A stretch of 64,000 nucleotides of DNA from NCBI GenBank assembly GCA_963677895.2, contig CAXXGJ010000002.1, forward strand, positions 128,001 to 192,000, read 5' to 3'. The notes beneath the pieces are model-generated. The model saw nothing but the letters and a program-made list of their open reading frames with translations. It was not told where the DNA came from and made no database searches. The translations under genes were made by a program, and so were the position numbers. The DNA is from Treponemataceae bacterium. GTDB lineage: Bacteria > Spirochaetota > Spirochaetia > Treponematales > Rectinemataceae. This document shows, in pieces, positions 49,959 through 59,524 of the stretch; the first letter of the stretch is position 1; each line of letters opens with the position of its first letter.

Positions 49959-51048
49959 TATGGCTGAGCACGCCATTCGCGCCAAGCGTGTAGACCGCTT
50001 TTCTCGTCGGTATTAAAAAGTAGACGAGCCCTCCCACCAGCAAATGAACGTAGTATACGCCGAAACGCCAGATGAGAATGGCGCTCATCGTCGCGGCGGG
50101 TTTGCCCGTCAGCGCGCTCAGGACGAGAAGGTAGGAAGCCTCGATGCTTCCCGCGGCTCCCGGTGTCGGGATGAAGAGCGAAACGAGACCGCAAAGAATG
50201 AACGACAGAAGAAACTCGGGGAAGGGTTGCGCGACGCCGGTGAGGATGCAGAGCGGTACGTAGAGCGTCATGGCCCAGAATATCTGCTCCACCATGAAGA
50301 TGAGGATGTCGAGCAGCATCGAAGTCATGTTCTTGCTCCACAACACCTTAAAGCCTTCTCCAAGCCCCTGGCTCCATACGGACATTTTCTCCGCCCAGCA
50401 GGAGTCCTTGGTGAGTTTGGCGATCAGTTTGCCCAGCCAGGATTTTTCCAGCCTGAGGGCGATGACCCCCAGGAAATGAGGGTTGAGGAAACCCAGGACG
50501 AGGACGACCGTCGCCACGATGGTGATGATCATGCCGGCGCCCAGGAGGTAGGCGCCTTTTCCTATTCCCGCCATCATGCCGATGCCCTTATGGAAAAAAA
50601 GCATCACGATGAGGAGCTGGACGAAATTGCTCTCGATCAGCCTTGAGAAGACGATATTCGAGGAAACCGTGGAATCCAGGCCCAGCTTGGCGAAGTGATA
50701 CACCTGGAAGGGCTGGCCGCCCACCGAGCCGGGCGTGATGTTGGAAAAAAAATAACCGATGATATTATTGTAAAGTCCATCCCTGAATGATAGCTTTACG
50801 TCGAATTTTCGGAATATCAGCTGATAGCGGAAGGTGTCTATTATATAGATCACGAAAATGAGGAGAAAGGGCGTCGCGACGCTGACGACCGACGCTTCCT
50901 TGAACGCGGTGCCAAGTTCCCCGAAATCGACGAGGAGTCCCATGAAGACATTGATCAGAAGTCCCGCGAGAAGCGCCAGGAAGACGCTCTTTATCAGTTT
51001 GGGAGAGGAAGTATTGCCGTCTTCCTTCTCGACGCACTCATTATTCAT
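49933..51048 (-). CDS. Lysylphosphatidylglycerol synthase TM / flippase-like protein (UPF0104)
   Basis: NITPGSVGGQP, PTPGAAGSIE, IWR. Confidence 0.88.
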   Translation of the reverse strand: MNNECVEKEDGNTSSPKLIKSVFLALLAGLLINVFMGLLVDFGELGTAFKEASVVSVATPFLLIFVIYIIDTFRYQLIFRKFDVKLSFRDGLYNNIIGYFFSNITPGSVGGQPFQVYHFAKLGLDSTVSSNIVFSRLIESNFVQLLIVMLFFHKGIGMMAGIGKGAYLLGAGMIITIVATVVLVLGFLNPHFLGVIALRLEKSWLGKLIAKLTKDSCWAEKMSVWSQGLGEGFKVLWSKNMTSMLLDILIFMVEQIFWAMTLYVPLCILTGVAQPFPEFLLSFILCGLVSLFIPTPGAAGSIEASYLLVLSALTGKPAATMSAILIWRFGVYYVHLLVGGLVYFLIPTRKAVYTLGANGVLSHIRPDRRCR

Positions 51049-51110
51049 GTTTGAAATATATCATAATCTATGATAGGTTTGGCAAGCAGGACCGAAAATT
51101 GGAGGCATCG

Positions 51111-52250
51111 ATGAAGACCAGAAAGCTTTTTATCGTTGTGATCGCGCTGTGTTGCCTTATTGGATCGCCCCTATCAGTCGGGGCGGCGGGCATGGAATTC
51201 GCGCTCAACGGAGTCAGATTCAACGGAGCCTTGCTCGGCTTCCTTCCCGTGCCGACGGGCGTCGACATCGAACTGCGGTTCCCCGTCCTGGGAGACAGCC
51301 TCCTCTACACCATCAGGCTGGCGGGCGGTTTCGAGGACAGACTCATCCTCCGCGACGACAGCGATGGAAGCCCCATGGCGAAGCCGGCCTCCTTCCCTGA
51401 TCCGTACTGGTTCCACTGGCCGAACGCCGAAGTGGATACAGGTATCCTTTACCGCCTGCTTCCCGGCGATGTCGGCCCCAAGGTCGAGCTATTCGGCCTG
51501 GCGAGAGGGCGCTGGGAAAGCAACTCCGCCAGCCTCGCGACAACCTATTTCCCCGACGCTCAAGGCTTGCTCTCCGTATCGTTCCTGGGCGGCATCGGCG
51601 TCGACGCGGTGGAGAAAAGCCCCAGCCGCCTCAAGAGCGGTTATGCCGGCGAAATTTCCTTCGAGTACGCGCCCGCGGCGCTCGCCTTTTCCGGGAATAC
51701 CGACTTCTACAGAGCCACGGCCACCATCGAGGGCTATCTGCCTCTTTTCTCAGCCGGAAAGACTGACCTGGACACTGTTTCGATCTTCGCCGCGGGCTAC
51801 CTCACCGGCGATTACGCCGGCGGATCGGAAATCCCCCTCTATGTCCTCACGAGCTTCGGCGGCCGCGCCATACGCGACGGTCTGGGCGATTCCATACGCG
51901 GGTATCGCACCTGGGGCTACGAGGCGACGACCAAGGCCGAAGCCAGCTTCGACCTGCGCTTCGTCGGACCCGGACTCTTCGGCCTCGCCGGCCTTCGGCC
52001 CATGGCCTATTTGTTCGGGGACGCCGGCTATTTCGACGGACTCTATAAATGTCCCGACGCGGCCACGGGCGGCGATAAAAACGGTTTGATATTTTCGGCC
52101 GGAGCGGGCGCGGCGATCAATGTATTCGATTTCGCGCAGATAGGAGCGCGCGCCGGCTATAAATTCCCGGTGGACGATCCCCTCTATGCCGTCTATACCC
52201 CGGGAGGTGAGCGTTTCTTCTGGAACATTACCTTCCTCCTGCATTTCTGA
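51111..52250 (+). CDS. Outer-membrane beta-barrel, Omp85/BamA-like barrel without POTRA domains
   Basis: Signal peptide; alternating aromatic strands; IRGY motif; C-terminal beta-signal ending in Phe. Confidence 0.65.
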   Translation: MKTRKLFIVVIALCCLIGSPLSVGAAGMEFALNGVRFNGALLGFLPVPTGVDIELRFPVLGDSLLYTIRLAGGFEDRLILRDDSDGSPMAKPASFPDPYWFHWPNAEVDTGILYRLLPGDVGPKVELFGLARGRWESNSASLATTYFPDAQGLLSVSFLGGIGVDAVEKSPSRLKSGYAGEISFEYAPAALAFSGNTDFYRATATIEGYLPLFSAGKTDLDTVSIFAAGYLTGDYAGGSEIPLYVLTSFGGRAIRDGLGDSIRGYRTWGYEATTKAEASFDLRFVGPGLFGLAGLRPMAYLFGDAGYFDGLYKCPDAATGGDKNGLIFSAGAGAAINVFDFAQIGARAGYKFPVDDPLYAVYTPGGERFFWNITFLLHF

Positions 52251-52394
52251 CAGATTTTCCCGGGGCGCGGTTTTATCGCTAGAAAATTATCGATAAAATT
52301 CAGCTTTTTTTATATTGTCAGAACGGTATATATACTATATTATCTACTTCGCCCCTGTCCTATGGCAGGGGGAAGTCTGTAGGAGGGATATTGA

Positions 52395-53270
52395 ATGAAC
52401 CGTAAACTCATTACATTCCTTGCGGTATTTGCTCTTGTGGGATCTGTAGCCTTTGCGCAGACCGCCACCAAGTACTTTGTGGCCCATCAGGGCGGTTATG
52501 TCGGCGCGGCCACCGTCACCGTCGGAAAATCAGGCGAAGTGGTGTCGGCCTCTCTCGAAGAGTGGCAGGGTCCGGGCGGCTGGGCCGAGAACAATTCGGC
52601 GGACGGCAAATCCATCGTCGATGGCGCCGTTGTCCGCGCTCCCGATCCCTTCGCCAATCTCACGAGCAGCGATCCTGAGATCAAGGGCTATATGTTCTAC
52701 ATCTTGAATCAGGTACAGGGCGGTCCCGGCGTATGGTCACAGTTCACCCCCGGCGCCAAGGGTTTCGCGAGACCCGCCCGCCAGTGGGAACGAGACTTCG
52801 AAGGACTCATGTCCAATCCCCTCAGGGCTGCCGCCTATGTGAAGGCCGCCAGGGAAGACAAGCTCGTCAACGTGAAAATTGACGGCACCAAAGTCATCGT
52901 CGGCAAGAAAGCCTCAGAAACCGTTCACTACGGCGCCATGAACAAAGCCGACAAGAACGCCAATTACATGCCCCTCACCAAGGATTCCATCGGCTACCGC
53001 TACAATTACGCGGCTATGCTCGCTTTCTTCAAGGCCAACCCCGCCGCGAACTTCGGCGCCGCCCAGCTCCAGAAGGCCAAGGTTGCCGTCATCGAGAACA
53101 AGGACGTCGATGCCAACGCCAAGGCCGCCGACTATGTCGCCGCAGCGGATGATGTCTACGTGGTCGCCGACGCCGTGACCGGCGCCACCTATTCCGATTT
53201 CCAGCACTATTCGCTCGAACTCCAGACCGCCTATAAAATGGCGATCGCGGATGCCATCGTAGCGTTCTAA
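52395..53270 (+). CDS. Secreted protein with a C-terminal flavinylation-like motif (DAVTGATYS)
   Basis: Signal peptide ending AFA; AGGAGG RBS; strongly C-ending codons; [S/T]GA[S/T] motif. Confidence 0.7.
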   Translation: MNRKLITFLAVFALVGSVAFAQTATKYFVAHQGGYVGAATVTVGKSGEVVSASLEEWQGPGGWAENNSADGKSIVDGAVVRAPDPFANLTSSDPEIKGYMFYILNQVQGGPGVWSQFTPGAKGFARPARQWERDFEGLMSNPLRAAAYVKAAREDKLVNVKIDGTKVIVGKKASETVHYGAMNKADKNANYMPLTKDSIGYRYNYAAMLAFFKANPAANFGAAQLQKAKVAVIENKDVDANAKAADYVAAADDVYVVADAVTGATYSDFQHYSLELQTAYKMAIADAIVAF

Positions 53271-53291
53271 ACTGTCTTAGCGTCATATAAA

Positions 53292-53330
53292 GAAGGCGCC
53301 CGTTTCCGGATTCCGGAAACGGGCGCCTTC
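53292..53330. terminator. 19-bp-arm perfect inverted repeat between the convergent CDS and tRNA
   Basis: gaaggcgcccgtttccgga-t-tccggaaacgggcgccttc. Confidence 0.75.
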
Positions 53331-53359
53331 CTTTGCATTCGCGCATACGCGCCGAAATT

Positions 53360-53442
53360 TGCCGGCAGTGGGACTTGAACCCACACGCCCTCGCGAGCAG
53401 CAGATTTTGAGTCTACCGTGTATGCCATTTCACCATGCCGGC
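53360..53442 (-). tRNA. tRNA-Leu(CAA), long variable arm, CCA not encoded
   Basis: Minus strand GCCGGCA acceptor stem; GGTAGA-CTCAAAA-TCTGCT anticodon arm; GTGGG-TTCAAGT-CCCAC T arm. Confidence 0.97.
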
Positions 53443-53626
53443 TCAGGGGAAACTTGTACTATAATAACCGGGCCTAGTCAATATAGACGATATTTCGATT
53501 TTACCGCGCGATAATCACGAAAAGTTGAGCGTGGAACCATAGTATTGGCTTGCGGCCCGCCTTTCCGACGTTTAAAATAATATTTCAGCGTACTACGCGA
53601 AAGCTGGTCCTGGGGAGAGTGCAACG

Positions 53627-54550
53627 GTGAGCCCAGTATTGTCGTGGGGATTGGATTTTGTCCGGGGTGTGCAAAAATTTTTCGGTCCTGGCATGTTGGT
53701 GCCGATGCAGATGATCACCATTTTGGGATCAGAATTTTTCGCGCTTGCGGCGCTGCCTCTCATCTACTGGTGCGTAGACAGGAAAAAAGGCGCCCGCATA
53801 GGGATCGTGGTTCTGTTTTCAGCTTTCCTCAATCTTTGGTGCAAAATCCTTTTAAGACAGCCCCGCCCCTATGATTTTGATGCCACGGTCGGCCTCATAA
53901 GGGAAAACACTTTTGGCCTGCCTTCCGGACACGCGCAGATGAGCATCACCTTCTGGGGAGCCATGCTGCCCCTTCTTTCGCGGGGTTTCGGGATCGTCCT
54001 CCTCTTGGCGCTTCCCCTCGTCGTCGGGCTTTCACGGCTGTATCTCGGCGTTCATTTCCCGACCGATCTTCTGGGCGGCTGGATGCTCGGGGGGATAGTC
54101 CTCGGATTATACTACGGTTTCAGCGCCAGGATCGAAAGCGCGCTCGGCAAGCTGAATCTTCGGCAAAGGATCATAGCCGTATCGGCCGTTTCGCTTCTGA
54201 TGAACCTGCTCATGCCCTCCGATACGCTTCTTTCGGGGGCTTTCTTCGGAAGCGCCGCCGGCTTCGCCCTGGCCAGCAAGAATCTCCGCTTCCAGGCCGG
54301 CGGCGCGCTACAGCAAAAAATCACCCGTTATATCGTGGGCATTGTCGGACTCGTCGTTCTCTATCTTGGGCCCAAGCTGATTCTGGGCGAATCCCTCGGT
54401 TCCCAGCAACCGCTGATCCGTTTTCTGCGTTACGGCATCATCGGTTTCTGGGTTTCCTACGGAGGGCCCTGGTGTTTCCTGAAATTGAAGCTAGTCGCCC
54501 TGGAGCCGCCCGTCGAGAGGGCTCCCGAGGTTCAATCGCTCAACGTATAG
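53627..54550 (+). CDS. PAP2 family membrane phosphatase
   Basis: K......RP, PSGH, SRLYLGVHFPTD. Confidence 0.92.
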   Translation: MSPVLSWGLDFVRGVQKFFGPGMLVPMQMITILGSEFFALAALPLIYWCVDRKKGARIGIVVLFSAFLNLWCKILLRQPRPYDFDATVGLIRENTFGLPSGHAQMSITFWGAMLPLLSRGFGIVLLLALPLVVGLSRLYLGVHFPTDLLGGWMLGGIVLGLYYGFSARIESALGKLNLRQRIIAVSAVSLLMNLLMPSDTLLSGAFFGSAAGFALASKNLRFQAGGALQQKITRYIVGIVGLVVLYLGPKLILGESLGSQQPLIRFLRYGIIGFWVSYGGPWCFLKLKLVALEPPVERAPEVQSLNV

Positions 54551-55548
54551 GCCGAATTCGAAAGACTGAAAATCTTGTTCGTACCCGGGCTGAGATATAC
54601 CTTGTTCTTGTCGTCGATGAAAATGGCGTGGACGCCCGGCAGGCTTTTCACGAACGCCATGCCCTTTTCCAGGCCCAGGGCAAAGACCGATGTCGACAGC
54701 GCGTCGGCGTCGATGCTCTTATCGGTGATGATGGATACCGACACGAGGCCGTTGTCGATGGGAAAACCGGTCTTGGGATTCAGAATGTGATGGTAATGCT
54801 TGCCGTTCTCGATGAAGAAGCGCTCGTAGATGCCCGATGTCACGACGGTCATGGCCGTTCCCGTGACGAGGCCGAGATAATCGCCTCTTTCCGACCGGGG
54901 GTCCTGGACGCCGACGCGCCAGGCCGAGCCGTCTTTTTTCCTGCCGTAGACGAGGACGTTGCCGCCCAGGTCCACGACGGCGGCTTTGACTTTGTGTTTG
55001 GCGAGTATGATAGCCACTTCGTCGGCCGAATATCCTTTCGCGATCGCTCCCAAATCCAGACGCATTCCAGCCGTCGCCAACCTGACCTCGAAGTTCTTCG
55101 CGTCGAGTTCGATTTTTCTGTAATCGATGAGTTTCAGGGCTGAGGCGATCTCGCTGTTCGGCGGCACGGCGGCATAGTCGGTGCCTATGTTCCACAGTTT
55201 GGAAAGCGGACCGACGGAGATGTCGAACATCCCCTGCGAAAGTTTCGCGTATTCGATGCCTTTGGAAATGACGTAGAAAGTGTCCTCAGACACTTTGACG
55301 GCTTGTTTGCCCGCCGCCGCGTTGATGGCGGCGATCTCGGTGCCGTCCTTGTTGGCGCTCATCCTGTCTTCAATCTGGGCAAGCCGCTGGAAAATCTCGT
55401 CGGCGGTTTTCGTCGAACCGCCTTCGATAAGCCTTACGGAGCAGACCGTTCCCAGCACGAAATCAGTACGGGATATTTCGCTTTGGGCGGCGGGAGCGCA
55501 GGCCGAAAAAAGAATGACGGCCATCGCCGCGACAAGGAAACCTTTCAT
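54532..55548 (-). CDS. apbE: FAD:protein FMN transferase (ApbE) lipoprotein
   Basis: Lipobox FSAC; DLGAIAKGY, DLGGN, TSG.YER, HHILNP.TG.P, ADALST. Confidence 0.95.
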   Translation of the reverse strand: MKGFLVAAMAVILFSACAPAAQSEISRTDFVLGTVCSVRLIEGGSTKTADEIFQRLAQIEDRMSANKDGTEIAAINAAAGKQAVKVSEDTFYVISKGIEYAKLSQGMFDISVGPLSKLWNIGTDYAAVPPNSEIASALKLIDYRKIELDAKNFEVRLATAGMRLDLGAIAKGYSADEVAIILAKHKVKAAVVDLGGNVLVYGRKKDGSAWRVGVQDPRSERGDYLGLVTGTAMTVVTSGIYERFFIENGKHYHHILNPKTGFPIDNGLVSVSIITDKSIDADALSTSVFALGLEKGMAFVKSLPGVHAIFIDDKNKVYLSPGTNKIFSLSNSAYTLSD

Positions 55549-55577
55549 GCTATATACCTCTTCAATGATGGACTGCC

Positions 55578-56222
55578 TCAACGCGACAGTTCCCTGCCTA
55601 TCGTGGTGCGCGGGCCATGGCCGGGGAAAACCACGGTCTCTGGGGTGAGCAGCGCGAGCCGCTCGAGGCTTTTTCTCAAGGCGATAGGATCGGAATCCGG
55701 ACCGTCGGTCCGTCCGACTCCATCCCTGAAAAGCGTATCTCCCGAAATGAGCTGGCCTGAGTCGCTGTCGTGAAGGCAGATGGAACCGGCGCTGTGCCCC
55801 GGCGTATGCAGTACCCGGAAGTCAGTTCCCGGAATCATGTCGCCCTCGGAAAGAAGGATAGTCGGCTCCGGCAGTTTCTTCCAGTAGCTGTGAAAAAAGC
55901 TTGGAGCGCTTATGGTGTCGAAAAGGACGCGATTCGTTTCCTCGCCCCTGTCGCCCAGGTAGGCCGCGTCAAGGCTGTGGATGGCTATCCCGGGAAGATC
56001 CCCGCTCCATGCTTCCATGAGCTCGGGAATCGCCGCCGTGTGGTCCAGATGACCATGGGTGAGGACAATGAATGAAATCTTGATTTCCTTTTCGGACAGG
56101 AACCGTAAAATCGCCTCGGGATCGTCGCCAGGATCGACAAGGAAACCGCTTTCCTTCGTCTGAACGGCATAGACATTTTCGCCGATAGGTCCGACGCGGA
56201 GGCGCTCGATGCGCGAAATCAC
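55578..56222 (-). CDS. MBL-fold metallo-hydrolase (glyoxalase II-like)
   Basis: THGHLDH, HTPGHS, SGD, PGHG. Confidence 0.92.
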   Translation of the reverse strand: MISRIERLRVGPIGENVYAVQTKESGFLVDPGDDPEAILRFLSEKEIKISFIVLTHGHLDHTAAIPELMEAWSGDLPGIAIHSLDAAYLGDRGEETNRVLFDTISAPSFFHSYWKKLPEPTILLSEGDMIPGTDFRVLHTPGHSAGSICLHDSDSGQLISGDTLFRDGVGRTDGPDSDPIALRKSLERLALLTPETVVFPGHGPRTTIGRELSR

Positions 56223-56824
56223 TCTTTCTGTTCCTTTTCCTCGGGTTGGTCGCCGCGCTTTTTAGCCGGTTTGATCTCAATCGTCCTGTTCTTGAAATTC
56301 GAGCCGTCGCACGCTCCGATGATTTTTTCCGCATGGATTTCGGGAACATCGATGAAGGAATAATTGTCGAAGAGATGGACCCTGCCGAGCTCGTCGTTGG
56401 TGAGGCCCGTCTTTTCGCTGATGAGCGTTCTCAGTTCCTGGGGGCGGAGGCGCTGGCGTTTTCCCATCGATACGAAGAGGGGCACCATGCCTTCGGCGCT
56501 TTTGCGGATTGTCGGCTTTGCCTTCTCGGCAGGTTCGGCCGGCGTCGCGGGCTTGGGCGCTCGAGGGGGCGTGGATTCCCTCAGCGCTTTGGCGGAAGCG
56601 GCGATGGTTTTAGGGGGCTGATTCCTCGTGATTCCCGCGGCTCGCAGGATGAGAAGGGCCGCCGCGTAGGAGCGCATATTGAGAGGGATGCGCTTCCGGA
56701 AAATCGACCGCACCTTGGTGAGAATGGCGGGGTCGGGCGGAGACTTGAGTTCTTCGAGGATGCCGTCGAGGAAAGCGTTCAGGGCTTCCTCGGGTATTTT
56801 GTTCGGTGCTGATTCAGTTGGCAC
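56219..56824 (-). CDS. DbpA-type RNA-binding domain protein (no helicase core)
   Basis: LFVSMGKRQRL...G.V.LFDNYSFIDV; GTG after AAGGAG. Confidence 0.8.
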   Translation of the reverse strand: MPTESAPNKIPEEALNAFLDGILEELKSPPDPAILTKVRSIFRKRIPLNMRSYAAALLILRAAGITRNQPPKTIAASAKALRESTPPRAPKPATPAEPAEKAKPTIRKSAEGMVPLFVSMGKRQRLRPQELRTLISEKTGLTNDELGRVHLFDNYSFIDVPEIHAEKIIGACDGSNFKNRTIEIKPAKKRGDQPEEKEQKE

Positions 56825-57042
56825 ATGGTTCTCCTTAAACCGTGACGCGAAGTGGATACATTGTGCAGCAAAGATACAATCAGGACAAGCAGATAAGCCG
56901 GGAATTCGGGAGATTTAAAGCGCCTCGCCGCCGGAATCGAGCGGTAGCCGGCGGCGGCGCCTATGGAGTAGAATGAACCGGAGCGTCGGGATAACGGCCC
57001 CGAACCCGGGAATTCCGGCCGATATCATAAAGGAAGTGTTGA

Positions 57043-58548
57043 ATGTCGTTGGATTCTTTTCCGGTTTGTCTCTGTCTCACCGGCAAAACGATCGAGGCCG
57101 ATCTCGCGGCCCTCGATGCGCATCGCGCTAAAGTCGATCTTGTCGAACTGAGAGCCGACTGCCTCGATCCTTCGGAAAAATTTCTGCTGCGATCCTTTCC
57201 CGAAAAGGCGGGTCTGCCCTGCATCCTGACGGTGCGAAGGCGCAGCGACGGCGGTTTCTTCGAGGAGGGCGAAGGGGTGCGCCTCGTCATGATCGCGAAG
57301 GCTCTCTCCTATGCCCGTTCCGACGCGAGCGCCAATTTCGCCTATGTGGATCTCGAGGAAGATTTCCATATGACGGCGATAGAGGAAGCCTGCCGAACCT
57401 TCGGCACGAGGATCATCCGTTCGCAGCATTACCTCGACGGCATGCCCGACGATCTCGACGCCGCGTGGGAACCGCTCGCCGAGGAGGATGACGAAATCCC
57501 CAAGCTGGCAGTGACGCCGCGGAACGCTTCCGACTTGTACAGACTTCTTGCCTGGATGCTCGGGCTCCCTCCCCGGGAACGGCTCATCATCGGCATGGGG
57601 GAATACGGGCTGGCCACCAGAGTCCTCGCCCAGAGCCTTGGTTCGCTGTTCACCTATACCGGCCTTGGCTTGAATGACATGCCTTTCGCCGGCCCGGGTG
57701 AGACCACGCCGGAAGCTTTCATCGATACCTATCGCGGAAAGGAAACGGGCAAGGACACGACGCTCTACGCTCTGCTCGGCGGAAAGAGCATCCTGAATTC
57801 TCTTTCGCCCGCCCTCCACAACACCGCTTTCAGGACCATGGGGAAGGACGCGCTGCTTTTCCCTCTGCCTTCGGAATCGATAGAGTCCGCGCTCAATAAC
57901 ATGAAGCTCCTCGGCATAAAGGGAGCCGCCATCACCGTTCCCCTCAAGGAAGACGTCCTGCCTTATCTTTCCTTCGAGTCCACCGACGTGCAGCGGATCG
58001 GCGCCTGCAATACGCTCATCACGAGCGGCGAGGGCTGGGCCGGCTACAATACCGATGCCGACGGCTTCGAGCTCAGCGCCCTCGAGTTCCTGGGCAGGGA
58101 GGATTTTAGGGGCATGAAGGTGACCCTGATCGGCGCGGGCGGAGCGGCCAAGTCGGTGGCGCTTTCGCTTCACCGCAAGGGAGCCGCCTGCGTGATCCTC
58201 AACAGGACGATATCGACCGCGAGAGCGCTGGCGAGGAAATACGGTTTCATATGGGGTCCGCTCGACGACAGGTCCATCGATGTCGTGAGCAACTTTTCGG
58301 ATCTGATAGTCCAGGCGACGAGCGTGGGCATGACGGGCGGTATCCCGGGCGATCCCCTCGAGTTCTATGAGTTCGACGGTCATGAGATGGTCTTCGACCT
58401 CATCTACAGACCGGTGAAGACGGTTTTTGTCACGAGGGCGGAACAGGCAGGCTGCAAGGCTTCGAACGGCTACAAGATGCTCCGTTACCAGGCCGCCGGC
58501 CAGTACAGGCGCTGGATGGGCGAAATGCCGCCCCAGGGTTGTTATTGA
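57043..58548 (+). CDS. aroE: Fused type I 3-dehydroquinate dehydratase / shikimate dehydrogenase (AroD-AroE)
   Basis: ELRAD, DLE, SQH, PKLAV, GMG; then SLSP..HN, T.PLKE, NTD, GAGGAA, NRT. Confidence 0.9.
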   Translation: MSLDSFPVCLCLTGKTIEADLAALDAHRAKVDLVELRADCLDPSEKFLLRSFPEKAGLPCILTVRRRSDGGFFEEGEGVRLVMIAKALSYARSDASANFAYVDLEEDFHMTAIEEACRTFGTRIIRSQHYLDGMPDDLDAAWEPLAEEDDEIPKLAVTPRNASDLYRLLAWMLGLPPRERLIIGMGEYGLATRVLAQSLGSLFTYTGLGLNDMPFAGPGETTPEAFIDTYRGKETGKDTTLYALLGGKSILNSLSPALHNTAFRTMGKDALLFPLPSESIESALNNMKLLGIKGAAITVPLKEDVLPYLSFESTDVQRIGACNTLITSGEGWAGYNTDADGFELSALEFLGREDFRGMKVTLIGAGGAAKSVALSLHRKGAACVILNRTISTARALARKYGFIWGPLDDRSIDVVSNFSDLIVQATSVGMTGGIPGDPLEFYEFDGHEMVFDLIYRPVKTVFVTRAEQAGCKASNGYKMLRYQAAGQYRRWMGEMPPQGCY

Positions 58549-58577
58549 AAGAGAATCGAAGAGATTCGGGAGAAAAA

Positions 58578-59453
58578 ATGTCCAAATCAGCTTTTGTGGC
58601 GATCGTGGGAAGGCCCTCCTCGGGCAAGTCCACCTTGCTGAACGCCCTCTGCGGCGCCAAGGTCTCGATCGTGTCGCCGGTGCCCCAGACGACGATGAAC
58701 ACCGTCCGCGGCATCGTGAACAGGCCGGCCGGCCAGCTTGTCTTCCTCGATACGCCGGGTTTCCATATTTCGGACAAGAAGCTCAATCTGCGGCTCAGGG
58801 ATCTCGTGCTTCGAGCTCTGGGTGACGCCGACATCGTGGTCTATATCATCGACGCGACGCGGGAGCCGGGGCCCGAAGAGGAAGCCATGGTCAAGGCTCT
58901 GGCGGGCTCGAAGCTCCCTCTCGTCGCCGTGGTGAACAAGGTGGACGATGCCGAAGCCCTGCCGGAACGCGCCATAGCTTTCGTGGCCGAGCATCTTCCA
59001 AAGGTTCCCGTGCTGCGGATCTCCGCGAAGGAAAAGCTGGGGCTCGAGGAACTTCTGAACTTCCTTTTGGACAAGGCGGTGGAGGGGCCGACCTGGTATC
59101 CCGAGGAGTACTACACGGACCAGGAACCGGTCTTCCGCATCGCCGAGATCATCAGGGAAAAAGCGATCATGCATACGAGGGAAGAGCTGCCCCACGCGCT
59201 TTTCGTCGAGTTCACCGATTCGCGCAAGCTGGAGGACGGCGGCCTGGAGGCTTCCTACGATATCGTGGTGGAACGCGAAAGCCAGAAGGGGATCGTGATC
59301 GGCAAGGGCGGGTCGCTGATAAAGAAAATCCGCGAGGAAGCCGAGGCCGACCTGGCTGATATTTTCGATTATACGGTTAAGCTCAGGCTCCAGGTGCGCG
59401 TGGATTCATCATGGAAGCACGATGACAAGAGGCTGGATTCGCTGATTTTCTAG
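58578..59453 (+). CDS. era: GTPase Era
   Basis: GRPSSGKSTL, PQTT, DTPG, NKVD, KH domain IVIGKGG. Confidence 0.96.
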   Translation: MSKSAFVAIVGRPSSGKSTLLNALCGAKVSIVSPVPQTTMNTVRGIVNRPAGQLVFLDTPGFHISDKKLNLRLRDLVLRALGDADIVVYIIDATREPGPEEEAMVKALAGSKLPLVAVVNKVDDAEALPERAIAFVAEHLPKVPVLRISAKEKLGLEELLNFLLDKAVEGPTWYPEEYYTDQEPVFRIAEIIREKAIMHTREELPHALFVEFTDSRKLEDGGLEASYDIVVERESQKGIVIGKGGSLIKKIREEAEADLADIFDYTVKLRLQVRVDSSWKHDDKRLDSLIF

Positions 59454-59460
59454 ATTGCTG

Positions 59461-59499
59461 CGGAGGCGCCATTTCGGCGCCGCCGAAATGGCGCCTCCG
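59461..59499. repeat. 19-bp-arm perfect inverted repeat between convergent era and pth
   Basis: cggaggcgccatttcggcg-c-cgccgaaatggcgcctccg. Confidence 0.8.
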
Positions 59500-59524
59500 T
59501 TATGGCGATTTCCTTGCGGTGATT

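Noticed and set aside
53331..53626. tRNA-Leu as an integration site
   Set aside because: No integrase and no duplicated tRNA 3' end seen in the window
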